Assembly (NCBI GenBank): GCA_944360115.1 | Contig: CALVTH010000006.1 | Span: 1 to 54,963 of the forward strand | Length of the DNA stretch: 54,963 bases | Direction of reading: 5' to 3' | Source of the DNA: an uncultured Clostridia bacterium | GTDB taxonomy: Bacteria > Bacillota > Clostridia > Christensenellales > CAG-917 | Notes under the pieces: generated by a model | The model's input: the letters and a program-made list of their open reading frames with translations, nothing else | Databases searched by the model: none | Told to the model about the DNA's origin: nothing | Made by a program: the position numbers and the translations under genes | In this document: piece after piece, positions 38,788 to 50,347 of the stretch | How positions within the stretch are numbered: position 1 is the first letter of the stretch | Layout of the letters: each line of letters begins with the position of its first letter

Positions 38788-40869
38788 TCAGTTGACGGAG
38801 AAGAGCAGGTCGTCGTAGGTGGGGAACGGCCAGTATTTCTTTGCGGTCAGCGTTTCCATTTCGTCGGCGACTTTGCGCAGGGCGTTCATCGCGGGGATGA
38901 CTTTGTCGCGGCAGGCTTTGCCGTAGCGTTCGACGGTCTTTTCCCTGCGCGCCTTGCCGACGGCTTCTCGGAGTGCGGCGAGTTTCGCGGCGGCGTCGGC
39001 ATAGAGGGCTTCGAGCTTTGCGAGAAGTTCGGCGTGCGACGCGGCGTCGACGCCCGCGGCGGCGAGGGCTTTCACCGTCCCCGCAATCTCCTTTTCATAG
39101 GTGGTGACGGCGGGCAGAATGTCCTTGGACGCCATATCGATCATGGTGTCCGCTTCGATCGTGATGAGTTTGCTGTAGTTCTCGATCTGGATTTCCTTGC
39201 GCGCTCTGATTTCCTCGGCGGAGTACACGCCGTGTTTCTCGAAGAGGGCGATGTTCTCGGGGGAGTCGAGGTAGGCGAGGCAGTCCATAGTGGTGGGCAG
39301 GTTGTACAGCCCGCGTTTCTTGGCTTCCCTGACCCACTCGTCGGAGTAGTTGTTGCCGTTGAAAATGATTCTGCCGTGTTCCTTCATCACGCGGCGGATG
39401 ATGTCCTGTATGCACGCCTTCTGGTCGTCGGCTTTTTCCAGTTCGTCGGCGAAATCGGAGAACTCGTCGGCGATTATGGTGTTGAGCACGGTGTTGGGGC
39501 CGGCAATGGAGAAGGCCGAGCCCAACATCCTGAACTCGAACTTGTTGCCCGTGAAAGCCAGCGGTGAAGTGCGGTTTCTGTCCGTTGTGTCCATTGGGAA
39601 CTTGGGCAGGACATGCACTCCGATTTCCACTTCGCAGTCGGCGCGTTTGGAATAGGTCCTGCCGTCGGCTATCGCTTGCAGTATGCCCGTCAGTTCGTCG
39701 CCGAGGAATATGCTGACGATTGCGGGGGGCGCTTCGTTGGCGCCGAGACGGTGGTCGTTGCCCGCGCTTGCCACGCTTATGCGCAGCAAATCCTGATGTT
39801 TGTCCACGGCGGCAATCATCGCCGCCATGATGAGCAGGAATTGCGCGTTGTCGGCGGGACTCTTGCCCGGCTCGAAGAGGTTGTGCCCGAAGTTGGTCGT
39901 CAGCGACCAGTTGTTGTGTTTGCCGCTGCCGTTGACTCCCGCGAAGGGTTTTTCGTGGAGCAGGCAGGTCATGCCGTGACGGGCGGCGACCTTTTTCATG
40001 ATCTCCATCGTCATCTGGTTCTGGTCGGTGGCGACATTGACTGTGGTGTAGATGGGGGCTATTTCATGCTGCGCGGGGGCCACTTCGTTGTGCTTGGTTT
40101 TAGCCAGCACGCCGAGTTTCCACAGTTCCTCGTCGAGGTCGCGCATGAAGGCGGCGACGCGGGGCTTGATTGCGCCGAAATAGTGGTCCTCGAGTTCCTG
40201 TCCCTTGGGGGGCTTGGCTCCGAAAAGCGTCCTGCCCGTGAAGATGAGGTCGCGGCGTTTGAGGAAAGCGCCCGTGTCGATGAGGAAATATTCCTGCTCG
40301 GGTCCGACGGAGGACAGCACCTTTTCCGTTTTTCTGCCGAAGAGTCGGAGCAGACGGACTGCCTGTTTGCTGACGGCTTCCATGGAGCGGAGAAGAGGAG
40401 TCTTTTTGTCGAGGGCGTGCCCGTTGTAACTGCAGAACGCCGTGGGGATGCACAGCGTCGCGTCCTTGATGAAGGCGTAGGAAGTGGGATCCCACGCGGT
40501 GTAGCCGCGCGCTTCGAATGTGGCGCGCAGACCGCCGCTGGGGAAGGAGCTGGCGTCGGGCTCGCCTTTGATGAGTTCCTTGCCGTTGAACTCCATGATC
40601 ACGCCGCCGTTGCCGTCGGGAGTGATGAAGGAGTCGTGCTTCTCGGCGGACAGACCCGTCATGGGCTGGAACCAGTGAGTAAAGTGAGTGACGCCTTTTT
40701 CGACTGCCCAGTCCTTCATGGCGCCGGCTATGACATTGGCGACTTCGAGGGAGAGGGGACGGTCCTTTTCGCAACACTCTTTGAACTCGTTGTAGGTGCT
40801 TTCGGGCAGGCGCTCGCGCATTACGGCGTCGTTGAAAACCATACTGCCGAAAATTTCGGACATTACCAT
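38788..40869 (-). CDS. glnA: Glutamine synthetase type III
   Basis: [74 protein letters not shown]; 693 aa. Confidence 0.95.
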   Translation of the reverse strand: MVMSEIFGSMVFNDAVMRERLPESTYNEFKECCEKDRPLSLEVANVIAGAMKDWAVEKGVTHFTHWFQPMTGLSAEKHDSFITPDGNGGVIMEFNGKELIKGEPDASSFPSGGLRATFEARGYTAWDPTSYAFIKDATLCIPTAFCSYNGHALDKKTPLLRSMEAVSKQAVRLLRLFGRKTEKVLSSVGPEQEYFLIDTGAFLKRRDLIFTGRTLFGAKPPKGQELEDHYFGAIKPRVAAFMRDLDEELWKLGVLAKTKHNEVAPAQHEIAPIYTTVNVATDQNQMTMEIMKKVAARHGMTCLLHEKPFAGVNGSGKHNNWSLTTNFGHNLFEPGKSPADNAQFLLIMAAMIAAVDKHQDLLRISVASAGNDHRLGANEAPPAIVSIFLGDELTGILQAIADGRTYSKRADCEVEIGVHVLPKFPMDTTDRNRTSPLAFTGNKFEFRMLGSAFSIAGPNTVLNTIIADEFSDFADELEKADDQKACIQDIIRRVMKEHGRIIFNGNNYSDEWVREAKKRGLYNLPTTMDCLAYLDSPENIALFEKHGVYSAEEIRARKEIQIENYSKLITIEADTMIDMASKDILPAVTTYEKEIAGTVKALAAAGVDAASHAELLAKLEALYADAAAKLAALREAVGKARREKTVERYGKACRDKVIPAMNALRKVADEMETLTAKKYWPFPTYDDLLFSVN

Positions 40870-40990
40870 AGGGGACTCCTTTCCGCGTGTGCGGTATAAT
40901 AATATTAAACGAATCGCGCGGACTTTGCAAGGATTTGAGTCCGTTTCGGACTCTTTTCCGCGCCGTCCGGACGCACTTTCCGCGGGCGGA

Positions 40991-41071
40991 GCAAAAGAAG
41001 AGACGCCTTCCCGCGGGAAAGCGCCTTTGCTTCTTGCGACAGATTATATGCGCGGCACCGTCGGTTGTCAA
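40991..41071 (-). promoter_or_regulatory. glnA promoter plus putative ANTAR hairpin/terminator attenuator
   Basis: TTGACA-N17-TATAAT (41071-41043); aagc-AAAGGC-gctt (41032-41019) overlaps stem gcgctttcc-cgcg-ggaaggcgt (41024-41003), followed by ctcttcttttg. Confidence 0.72.
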
Positions 41072-41081
41072 GGAAATTCGT

Positions 41082-41192
41082 TTGACAAAATGCGGCTTTT
41101 TTGTTATATTTTTCGCGTGATACAAGGAAGTGTTCGTTTGTTTTTTTTTACCGCTTCGGGCGGTGAAAAAGGAAATGGACACTTTTTGTTTT
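41082..41192 (+). promoter_or_regulatory. purB promoter plus putative ANTAR hairpin/terminator attenuator
   Basis: TTGACA-N17-TATATT (41082-41110); gatac-AAGGAA-gtgtt (41119-41134) overlaps terminator arm aagtgttcgttt (41128-41139), which pairs with aaatggacactt (41173-41184), followed by tttgtttt. Confidence 0.7.
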
Positions 41193-41202
41193 GGAGGTAG
41201 TG

Positions 41203-42633
41203 ATGGACACCTATGTTTCCCCTCTTTCCGAGCGTTACGCCGGCGAGAAAATGAAGCGCATATTCTCCCCCGACTTCAAGTTCACCACTTGGCGCAAACT
41301 GTGGGTAGCCCTCGCAGAAGCCGAACAGGAACTGGGCATCGGCATTTCCGACGAACAGCTGGACGAACTTCGTGCGCATATCGACGACATCGACTACGAC
41401 TTCGCCGCTGCACGCGAGAAAGAGGTGCGGCACGATGTCATGGCGCATGTCCTCACCTACGGGGAGAGGTGCCCCAAAGCCAAACCCATAATCCACCTCG
41501 GCGCGACCTCGTGCTATGTCGGCGACAACACCGACATCATTCAGATGAAAGAGGGGCTGTTGCAGGTGCGCTCGCTGTTGCTCGCCGCAATCAGCGCCAC
41601 CGCCGATTTCGCCGAGAAATACAAGGACCGGCCCACGCTGGCGTTCACGCACTATCAGCCCGCTCAGCCCACCACCGTCGGCAAACGCGCTTCGCTGTGG
41701 CTCAACGACCTCGTCAGCGACTTCCGCGACCTCGAGTACCGTCTTTCGTCGCTCAGACTGCTCGGGTGCAAAGGCACCACGGGTACGGCGGCGAGTTTCC
41801 TCGAACTGTTCGGGGGCGACCACGAAAAGGTCAAACGGCTGGACAAGCTCATCGCCGAAAAAATGGGATTTGCCGACACCGTGCCCGTCAGCGGTCAGAC
41901 CTATTCCCGCAAGACCGATTACAATGTGCTCACGGTGCTCTGCGGCATTGCCCAGACGGCGGCGAAATTCTCCAACGACATCCGCCTGCTGTCCAACCTC
42001 AAGGAAGCCGAAGAGCCTTTCGAGAGCAAGCAGATAGGTTCGTCCGCAATGGCGTACAAGCGCAACCCCATGAGAAGCGAAAGGATTGCGTCACTCGCGC
42101 GTTACATCATGTGCAACAGCCTCAATCCCGCGTTCACGGCGGCGACTCAGTGGTTCGAGCGCACCCTCGACGACAGCGCGAACAAACGCATTTCCGTGCC
42201 CGAGGCGTTCCTCGCCACCGACGCCATACTGTCGCTGTATGTCAACATAATCAAGGGGCTGAAAATCTATCCGAGAATCATCGAACGCGACCTCAACCGC
42301 GAGCTACCTTTCATGGCGACGGAGAACATTCTCATGTATTGCGTCAAGGAAAAGGGCGGCGACAGGCAGGAATTGCACGAGGCAATTCGCCGTCATTCCG
42401 TGGCGGCGGCGGCGGTCATAAAGGAAGAGGGTGGCGAAAATGACCTTTTCGCACGGATACTCGCCGACCCCGTTTTCGGGCTTACCCGCAAGGAACTCGA
42501 CGACATAGTCGATGTCAGGCAGTTTGTCGGCAGGGCGCCCGAGCAGACCGAGGAATTCCTCGACGAGGTGGTGCGCCCCTTGCTCGCCGCCAACAAATTC
42601 GACGCTTCCGCGCCGTCCGAAATCAAAGTCTGA
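41203..42633 (+). CDS. purB: Adenylosuccinate lyase
   Basis: SPLSERY, RHDVMAH, IHLGATSC, FTHYQPAQ, GSSAMAYKRNP. Confidence 0.96.
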   Translation: MDTYVSPLSERYAGEKMKRIFSPDFKFTTWRKLWVALAEAEQELGIGISDEQLDELRAHIDDIDYDFAAAREKEVRHDVMAHVLTYGERCPKAKPIIHLGATSCYVGDNTDIIQMKEGLLQVRSLLLAAISATADFAEKYKDRPTLAFTHYQPAQPTTVGKRASLWLNDLVSDFRDLEYRLSSLRLLGCKGTTGTAASFLELFGGDHEKVKRLDKLIAEKMGFADTVPVSGQTYSRKTDYNVLTVLCGIAQTAAKFSNDIRLLSNLKEAEEPFESKQIGSSAMAYKRNPMRSERIASLARYIMCNSLNPAFTAATQWFERTLDDSANKRISVPEAFLATDAILSLYVNIIKGLKIYPRIIERDLNRELPFMATENILMYCVKEKGGDRQELHEAIRRHSVAAAAVIKEEGGENDLFARILADPVFGLTRKELDDIVDVRQFVGRAPEQTEEFLDEVVRPLLAANKFDASAPSEIKV

Positions 42634-42667
42634 GCGCACTTGCGCCCCTGAATAAAACGGAGGTTTT

Positions 42668-43939
42668 ATGCTTACAGCAATCGTCGGTATCAACTGGGGG
42701 GACGAGGGCAAAGGTCGTATGGTCGACCTGCTCTCGGAGCGGCAGGACATAATTGTCCGCTATCAGGGCGGCAACAATGCCGGACACACCGTCATGAACG
42801 ACAACGGCAAATTCGTCCTCAACCTTTTGCCGTCCGGCATACTCCGCGCCGACAAGGTCAATGTCATGGGCGGCGGTATGGTGGTGGATGTCGAGCACCT
42901 GTATAAGGAAGTGGGCAGACTGCGCGACGCCGGCGTCTCCATAAGCCCCGACAATCTCGTCATCAGCGACCGCGCGGTGATATGCTTCCCGTTCAATGTG
43001 ATGCAGGACTGCCTCGAAGAGGACAGGCTTGGCGACAGGAAATTCGGCTCGACCCGCCGCGGCATTGCTCCCATTTACGCCGACAAGTATATGAAGAAAG
43101 CCGTCAGAATGGGCGACCTGCTCGACGAAAAATATCTCGAGGAAAGGCTCGCCGAGGTGCTGGACTGGAAAAATATGTGCCTGTCCGCATACAATGGCGC
43201 AAAGCGGTACACCGTCGCCGAGATGAAAGAGTGGCTGGACAAGTACGCGTCCGCCTTTTTGCCCTATATCAAGGACGCGGGCAGATATCTCTCGGACGCG
43301 GCGGCAAGCGGCAAACGCATTATGCTCGAAGCGCAGCTCGGCGCGCTCCGCGACATCGACTTCGGCATTTATCCCTACACATCGTCGTCCAACACGATAG
43401 CCGCGTACGCTCCCGTCGGAGCGGGCGTTCCCAACCTGAAAGTGGACAGGACGGTGGGTATCATGAAAGCCTATTCCACCTGCGTGGGCGAAGGACCTTT
43501 CACCGCCGAGATGTTCGGCGAGGCGGCTTCGCAGCTGCGCGAAGCGGGCGGAGAATACGGCGCGGCGACGGGCAGACCCAGAAGGGTGGGCGGCTTCGAC
43601 GCGGTGGCTTCCCGTTACGGTTGTCGCGTGCAGGGCGCGGACACCGTCGCCCTCACCAAACTGGATGTCCTCGACTATATGGACAAAATCCCCGTGGTGG
43701 ACGCCTACGAAATCGACGGCGAACTCGTCGGCGACTTCCCCTTCGGCGAGAGGCTCGTCAAGGCAAAGCCCCATATTGTATGGTTCGACGGCTGGAAGGC
43801 TCCCACCACCGCCTGCCGCAAATTCTCCGACCTGCCCGTCAAGGCGCAGGAGTATGTGCGGTATATAGAAAAGGTGACGGAGTGCCCCATAGGCTATGTC
43901 TCCGTCGGCGCGGAACGCGACAGCATAATCGTCATGTAA
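42668..43939 (+). CDS. purA: Adenylosuccinate synthetase
   Basis: WGDEGKG, GGNNAGHT, EYGAATGRPRRVG, LTKLDVL. Confidence 0.96.
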   Translation: MLTAIVGINWGDEGKGRMVDLLSERQDIIVRYQGGNNAGHTVMNDNGKFVLNLLPSGILRADKVNVMGGGMVVDVEHLYKEVGRLRDAGVSISPDNLVISDRAVICFPFNVMQDCLEEDRLGDRKFGSTRRGIAPIYADKYMKKAVRMGDLLDEKYLEERLAEVLDWKNMCLSAYNGAKRYTVAEMKEWLDKYASAFLPYIKDAGRYLSDAAASGKRIMLEAQLGALRDIDFGIYPYTSSSNTIAAYAPVGAGVPNLKVDRTVGIMKAYSTCVGEGPFTAEMFGEAASQLREAGGEYGAATGRPRRVGGFDAVASRYGCRVQGADTVALTKLDVLDYMDKIPVVDAYEIDGELVGDFPFGERLVKAKPHIVWFDGWKAPTTACRKFSDLPVKAQEYVRYIEKVTECPIGYVSVGAERDSIIVM

Positions 43940-43964
43940 TTGCACAAAACGCGGTTTATAATTG

Positions 43965-43991
43965 AAAAAACGCCGTTCAACGGCGTTTTTT
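43965..43991 (+). terminator. Intrinsic terminator after purA
   Basis: aaaaaacgccgtt-c-aacggcgtttttt inverted repeat. Confidence 0.8.
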
Positions 43992-44203
43992 CGTATGTTG
44001 CTGCATGGCGCGACGCCGTATGGCACGGCGGCGCGCCATGCGGCGAGCCGACAAAAATTTGTGTAAATAAGCGCACAGCGGCAATCCGTTGTTGACAAAC
44101 GGGTGCGCGCCGATTTATTATCTTTGTGTAACAGTTGTTGCCATCGTTTTCGCGTGCGTCCGCGCGCGTCTCGGGGCGACATTCGGACGAAAAGGAGGCA
44201 TAT

Positions 44204-45730
44204 ATGAGAAAGTACGATGCGGTCGTCATCGGCGCGGGCAACGGCGGTCTTGTGGCGGCAATCAGACTTTTGCAGGGCGGCGCCAAAGTGTTGCTTGTCG
44301 AAAAGCACAACCTTCCCGGCGGCTTTGCAACGAGTTTCAGGCGGGGCAGGTTCGAGTTCGAGGCGTCATTGCACGAGCTCAACGATTTCGGGACCGCAGA
44401 CAACGCCGGAGATGTCAGGGTGCTTTTCGACGAACTCGGCGTCACCGACAAAATCGATTGGATGGAGATCCCCGAGGCTTACCGCGTGATTTGCACTGCG
44501 GAAGGGCTTGACGCAACAATGCCCTTCGGCGTGGAAGCCTACATCGACAAGATGGAGAGTTATGTGCCGGGCAGCCGCGAGTCCGTGACCAAGTTCTTCG
44601 ACCTCGCCGAGGAGGTGCGTCTCGCTCAGGCGTATTCCTCGTCCGTCAACGGCAAGACCGACTCCAAGGTCATGATGAAGGAGTACGGCAACTTCGTGCG
44701 CGCGGGGTCCTATTCCGTCAACGAGGTTCTCGATGTCCTCAAGATGCCCCAGAAGGCGCGCGACATTCTCGGCGCGTACTGGTGCTATCTCGGCGCAAAC
44801 CTCAGCGACATGAGCTTCGTGCATTACGCGTCTATGGTCAACCGCTATATGAAACGCGGCGCGTCCATGCCCAAGATGCGCTCGCACGAGATTTCGCTCG
44901 CGCTCGTGGACAGAATTCTCGAGCTGGGCGGCGATGTACTCATGAACACCGAAGCCGTCAAAATCCTCACCGACGAGAGCGACGGCGGGGTCGCCGGAGT
45001 CGTGCTCGACGACGGCACCGAAATCGAGACCCGTCATGTCGTCGCCAACTGCGCGCCTCATGTCGTCTACGGCCGCATGATGGACAATGTGCCCGAGGAT
45101 GTCGTCAAGGCAACCAACACCAGAAAGTTCGCGGGCAGGGGCTTCACCATGTTCCTCGGCCTCGACAAGACCGCCGACGAACTGGGTATCGAAAATCACA
45201 ACTACTTCATCTACGACACCTCCGACACCGCCAAGCAGTACGCGCTCATGCGCACCATACGCGACAACAGCGCGCAGGCGACCGTCTGCCTCAACCGCGC
45301 ATATCCGGAGTGTTCGCCCGAAGGCACCTGCATGATGTACTTCACCACGCTCTACATGGCGGACGACTGGGGCAGGCTCAAACCGTCCGATTATTTCCGC
45401 GCAAAGGACTATGTCGCCAACAAGATGATAGACCGTTTCGAAAAGGATACCGGCGCGAAGATTCGCGGCAGCATAGAAGAGATTTCCGTCGCGACGCCCG
45501 TCACCTACGCGCGTTACTGCGGACATCCCGAAGGCGTCATCTACGGCTACGAGTCGCAGTATTGGGACGGACTCATGCCGCGTCTGCTCATGATGGGCGA
45601 AGACTACAAGGTGCGCGGTCTGCGTTTCGCGGGCGGCTATTCCATGAGGTTGTCGGGTTACTCCAGCGCCTATTTCTCGGGCGACATCTCCGGCAGACAG
45701 ACCGTCGGCGACATCAAAAAGGAGGGCTAA
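44204..45730 (+). CDS. FAD-dependent oxidoreductase, phytoene desaturase (CrtI)/retinol saturase-like family
   Basis: DAVVIGAGNGGL Rossmann fold, EKHNLPGG..TSFRRGRFEFE, ATPVTYARY, GLRFAGG. Confidence 0.82.
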   Translation: MRKYDAVVIGAGNGGLVAAIRLLQGGAKVLLVEKHNLPGGFATSFRRGRFEFEASLHELNDFGTADNAGDVRVLFDELGVTDKIDWMEIPEAYRVICTAEGLDATMPFGVEAYIDKMESYVPGSRESVTKFFDLAEEVRLAQAYSSSVNGKTDSKVMMKEYGNFVRAGSYSVNEVLDVLKMPQKARDILGAYWCYLGANLSDMSFVHYASMVNRYMKRGASMPKMRSHEISLALVDRILELGGDVLMNTEAVKILTDESDGGVAGVVLDDGTEIETRHVVANCAPHVVYGRMMDNVPEDVVKATNTRKFAGRGFTMFLGLDKTADELGIENHNYFIYDTSDTAKQYALMRTIRDNSAQATVCLNRAYPECSPEGTCMMYFTTLYMADDWGRLKPSDYFRAKDYVANKMIDRFEKDTGAKIRGSIEEISVATPVTYARYCGHPEGVIYGYESQYWDGLMPRLLMMGEDYKVRGLRFAGGYSMRLSGYSSAYFSGDISGRQTVGDIKKEG

Positions 45731-45733
45731 ACT

Positions 45734-46885
45734 ATGTCATTCGTTTTCAAAAAACAGGTTCTCGGCTTGCTTGACCTCATCCGTTTCAAGAAGCTCGTTC
45801 CCAACCGCAGAGAAAGGTTCAAGAACGGTTCCGACAGCCCCCTTCCCAAGACCTACAAGGTCAACGAAGCGGCGAAGATAATTCATCCCGGCTTCCGCAA
45901 AGCCGTGCTGACGGAAATCCGCGACGAGACCGCCGACACCAAGACTTTCTTCTTCAGGACCGACAAGCCCTTCGTCTTCAAGGCGGGGCAGTATGCTACT
46001 CTCGGCTGCAAGGTGGGCGACAGCGAAGTTTCCCGTCCCTACGCCATAGTCGGCACCGCGTCCGACGCCCTCGACGGCAAACTCGGCTTCACCGTAAAGA
46101 AAACGGGCTTCTTCAGCGGCTATCTGTTCGACGAAGCCAAAGTCGGCGACGAATTCACCGTCGGCGACCCCTCGGGCGAGTTCTACTATGAGCCGGTGAA
46201 GGACGCCGGAAAGGTGGTGGCAATCGCGGGCGGCAGCGGTATCGCGCCATTCTACACCCTCGCTTGCGCAATCGCCGACGGCACCGAGAAATTAGACCTC
46301 ACCATACTGTACGGCGCGCGCACTTCCGCGGACTTCGCGCTCAAGAAGGAGCTCGACGCCCTGGCGGCGATAGGCAAGATCAAGGTCGTCTATGTCACCA
46401 GCGACGAAAAGAAAGCCGGTTTCGAGCACGGTTTCATCGGGCGCGACCTCATCACCAAGTACGCCGACGGCGATTTCACGGTGATGATGTGCGGACCCGA
46501 CGCGATGTACGCCTTCCTCGACAAGGAACTCGCGGCGTTGAACATACCTCTGCGCCGTATCAAGAAAGAGCCCAACTGCGTGGGTACCCGCGATGTCGCC
46601 GAAAAGGAATACAAACTCACCGTGCACATCGGTTTCGACACATACGAAGTTCCCGCCAAATCCACCGAGACCCTGCTTGTGGCAATGGAACGCGCCGGAC
46701 TCAAGGTGCCGTCCAAGTGCCGCGCGGGCGGCTGCGGCTTCTGCCACAGCAGACTGGTGTCGGGCGAATATTCCATTGCGGGCGCTGACAAGCGTCGTCT
46801 TGCCGACCTCAAGTTCGGCTACATTCATCCGTGCTGCAGTTACCCCGACTCCGATATGGAGCTGGTGGTGCCCAAAGCCAAATAA
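45734..46885 (+). CDS. FAD/NAD(P)-binding ferredoxin reductase with C-terminal 2Fe-2S domain
   Basis: FKAGQY, SRPYA, GFFSGYL, AGGSGIAP, MCGP, CRAGGCGFC...C. Confidence 0.88.
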   Translation: MSFVFKKQVLGLLDLIRFKKLVPNRRERFKNGSDSPLPKTYKVNEAAKIIHPGFRKAVLTEIRDETADTKTFFFRTDKPFVFKAGQYATLGCKVGDSEVSRPYAIVGTASDALDGKLGFTVKKTGFFSGYLFDEAKVGDEFTVGDPSGEFYYEPVKDAGKVVAIAGGSGIAPFYTLACAIADGTEKLDLTILYGARTSADFALKKELDALAAIGKIKVVYVTSDEKKAGFEHGFIGRDLITKYADGDFTVMMCGPDAMYAFLDKELAALNIPLRRIKKEPNCVGTRDVAEKEYKLTVHIGFDTYEVPAKSTETLLVAMERAGLKVPSKCRAGGCGFCHSRLVSGEYSIAGADKRRLADLKFGYIHPCCSYPDSDMELVVPKAK

Positions 46886-47012
46886 GCGGACGAAATGCCG
46901 TAAAACACGCTATCTAAACGGGTAAAACCGCAAGCAAGCGGGTGTTCCCGTGTCCGCACGGCCGTGGCGGTTCGCCCTCGCGGTATGCCGCCGAAAACTC
47001 CCGTACGGTACA

Positions 47013-47043
47013 AAAAACCCTTCCTCGTCGAGGAAGGGTTTTT
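47013..47043. terminator. Bidirectional terminator between the reductase and groEL
   Basis: aaaaacccttcctc-gtc-gaggaagggttttt. Confidence 0.8.
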
Positions 47044-47155
47044 CTTTTGGATTGTCGTTCGGAGCGGCTCCGACATCCCGCGGGGCGGAGAAGCCGCACC
47101 TCGCTGTGAAGCCGCGCCTCGCAGTCGCTTTTCGCGACGCATGGGGATGTGCGCC

Positions 47156-48796
<1,641 letters not shown>

Positions 48797-49081
48797 TTAT
48801 TCGACCACGGCAAGTATGTCCGCTTGCCTGACGATGACGACTTCCTCGCCGTCGATTTTGAATTCGCTGCCGGCGTACTTGGAGTACAGCACCTTGTCGC
48901 CGACCTTGACCTGCATGACTATTTCCTTGCCGTCGATGAGTCCGCCGGGACCGACCGCGACGACCTCGGCAAGCTGCGGCTTTTCCTGAGCCGCGCCGGG
49001 GAGCACGATACCGCTTTGGGTGGTCTCGCTGGTCTCGATGGCTTTGATGACAACTTTGTCGAAGAGTGGTTTGACCTTCAT
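48797..49081 (-). CDS. groS: Co-chaperonin GroES
   Basis: KPLFDKVVI, SGIVLPG..QEKP, VKVGDKVLYSKYAG. Confidence 0.97.
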   Translation of the reverse strand: MKVKPLFDKVVIKAIETSETTQSGIVLPGAAQEKPQLAEVVAVGPGGLIDGKEIVMQVKVGDKVLYSKYAGSEFKIDGEEVVIVRQADILAVVE

Positions 49082-49116
49082 TTATTAGCCTCCTGAGTCG
49101 TTATTTCGATATATGT

Positions 49117-49143
49117 TTGGCACTCTCTGCGCCGAACTGCTAA
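49117..49143. promoter_or_regulatory. CIRCE element (HrcA operator) upstream of groES
   Basis: TTGGCACTC-N9-AACTGCTAA versus consensus TTAGCACTC-N9-GAGTGCTAA; just downstream of TTGACA-N17-TAAACT on the minus strand. Confidence 0.8.
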
Positions 49144-49533
49144 CAGTTTATAACGCTGTCTGCCAAATGTCAATACTTTAGGACGGACTTTTTCGGAGAA
49201 AATGCCGTTTTTTCTCAAACGGGTCGAAAAGTACGCCGACACCTGTTGATTTTACCTTAAACCGCACGCGACATCAACAAAAATATGACGGCGACCCCCG
49301 AAAATTACAAAATTTTTGCAACTATTCGTAAAATGCTTAGAATTGCCTTAAAACGCCCTCGGACGGGCGCGGGGGCGCCGTTCGCCGTTGCGGCGCGGGG
49401 AAGAACGGCAAAGCAAACGCGCCGTCTCGGCGCGTTGTTCGTTGTGTGTTTTGCCTACGGGCGTTGTCTGTGTTGTCCGCGTTGTCGTTGCGCTGTGCGG
49501 GCGACGCCGTGCGGTACAGTGCGGGCGTCGCCG

Positions 49534-49989
49534 TCATTCTCCGTCTTCGTATCTGACGACTTCCAGTCCCGCTTCCTTGAGCAGCTGTTGCGCGAACTCG
49601 TCGGGATAAGGATATTTGTAGACGATTCGCGAAATGCCGGAATTGATTATCATCTTCGTGCAGATCGTGCAAGGCTGGTGCGTGCAGTACAGCGTTGCGC
49701 CCTCCACGGAAACGCCGAGTTTCGCCGCCTGAATTATGGCGTTCTGCTCGGCGTGGACGGCGAAGCATTTTTCGTGTTGCGTGCCGCTGGGGATGCCAAG
49801 TCTGTCGCGCATACAATACCCTTTGTCGCGGCAGTTGAAAATGCCCGACGGTGCGCCGTTGTATCCCGTCGTGAGAATACGCTTGTTTTTCGTGATGACA
49901 GCGCCGACGGCGCGACCTTCGCGCGCGCAGCTCGTCCAGCCCGCCACCGTTTCGGCAAGTTCCATAAACCTCTTATCCCATTTATCCAT
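49534..49989 (-). CDS. dCMP deaminase (ComEB family)
   Basis: MDKWDKRFMELA, TTGYNGAP, HAEQNA, PCTIC zinc motifs. Confidence 0.9.
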   Translation of the reverse strand: MDKWDKRFMELAETVAGWTSCAREGRAVGAVITKNKRILTTGYNGAPSGIFNCRDKGYCMRDRLGIPSGTQHEKCFAVHAEQNAIIQAAKLGVSVEGATLYCTHQPCTICTKMIINSGISRIVYKYPYPDEFAQQLLKEAGLEVVRYEDGE

Positions 49990-50132
49990 AGCGACCTCCG
50001 CTTTTCTTAGGCGAATTGCAAATATGATATCACACGCGCGCTTCGAATTCAACCCCGCGTGCGAAAAACGCGCGTTTACGCCCGCGCGCTCGCGCGTGCT
50101 TCACCGTCGTGTGTTGCGACTCGCCCGCAACT

Positions 50133-50304
50133 TTTCCGCGCGACAAAGCGCGAGATTGAGATACGGCGGGCGGATATTCGCGCGGAGTTGCCTGCGGCGC
50201 TTCCGTCACCATTCTCGACATTGCCGCGGGTTTATCCTTTCCGCGCGACAAAGCGCGAGTTTAAGATACGGCGGACGGATATTCGCGCGGAGTTGCCTGC
50301 GGCG
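50133..50304. repeat. Intergenic 67-bp direct repeat (50133-50199 and 50238-50304)
   Basis: tttccgcgcgacaaagcgcgag...gagttgcctgcggcg, 3 mismatches, 105-bp period. Confidence 0.85.
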
Positions 50305-50347
50305 TTGCCGCCGTAATTTACGGACAAAGTGCGGCATAAAATTCTGT

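Noticed and set aside
40895-40900. Antisense promoter (TATAAT on the plus strand) in the glnA leader
   Set aside because: No -35 at proper spacing and no TGn extended -10
49316-49343. Orphan plus-strand promoter TTGCAA-N16-TAGAAT and the 49285-50010 ORF
   Set aside because: The ORF is compositionally non-coding and antisense to the dCMP deaminase; no downstream gene or structured RNA recognised
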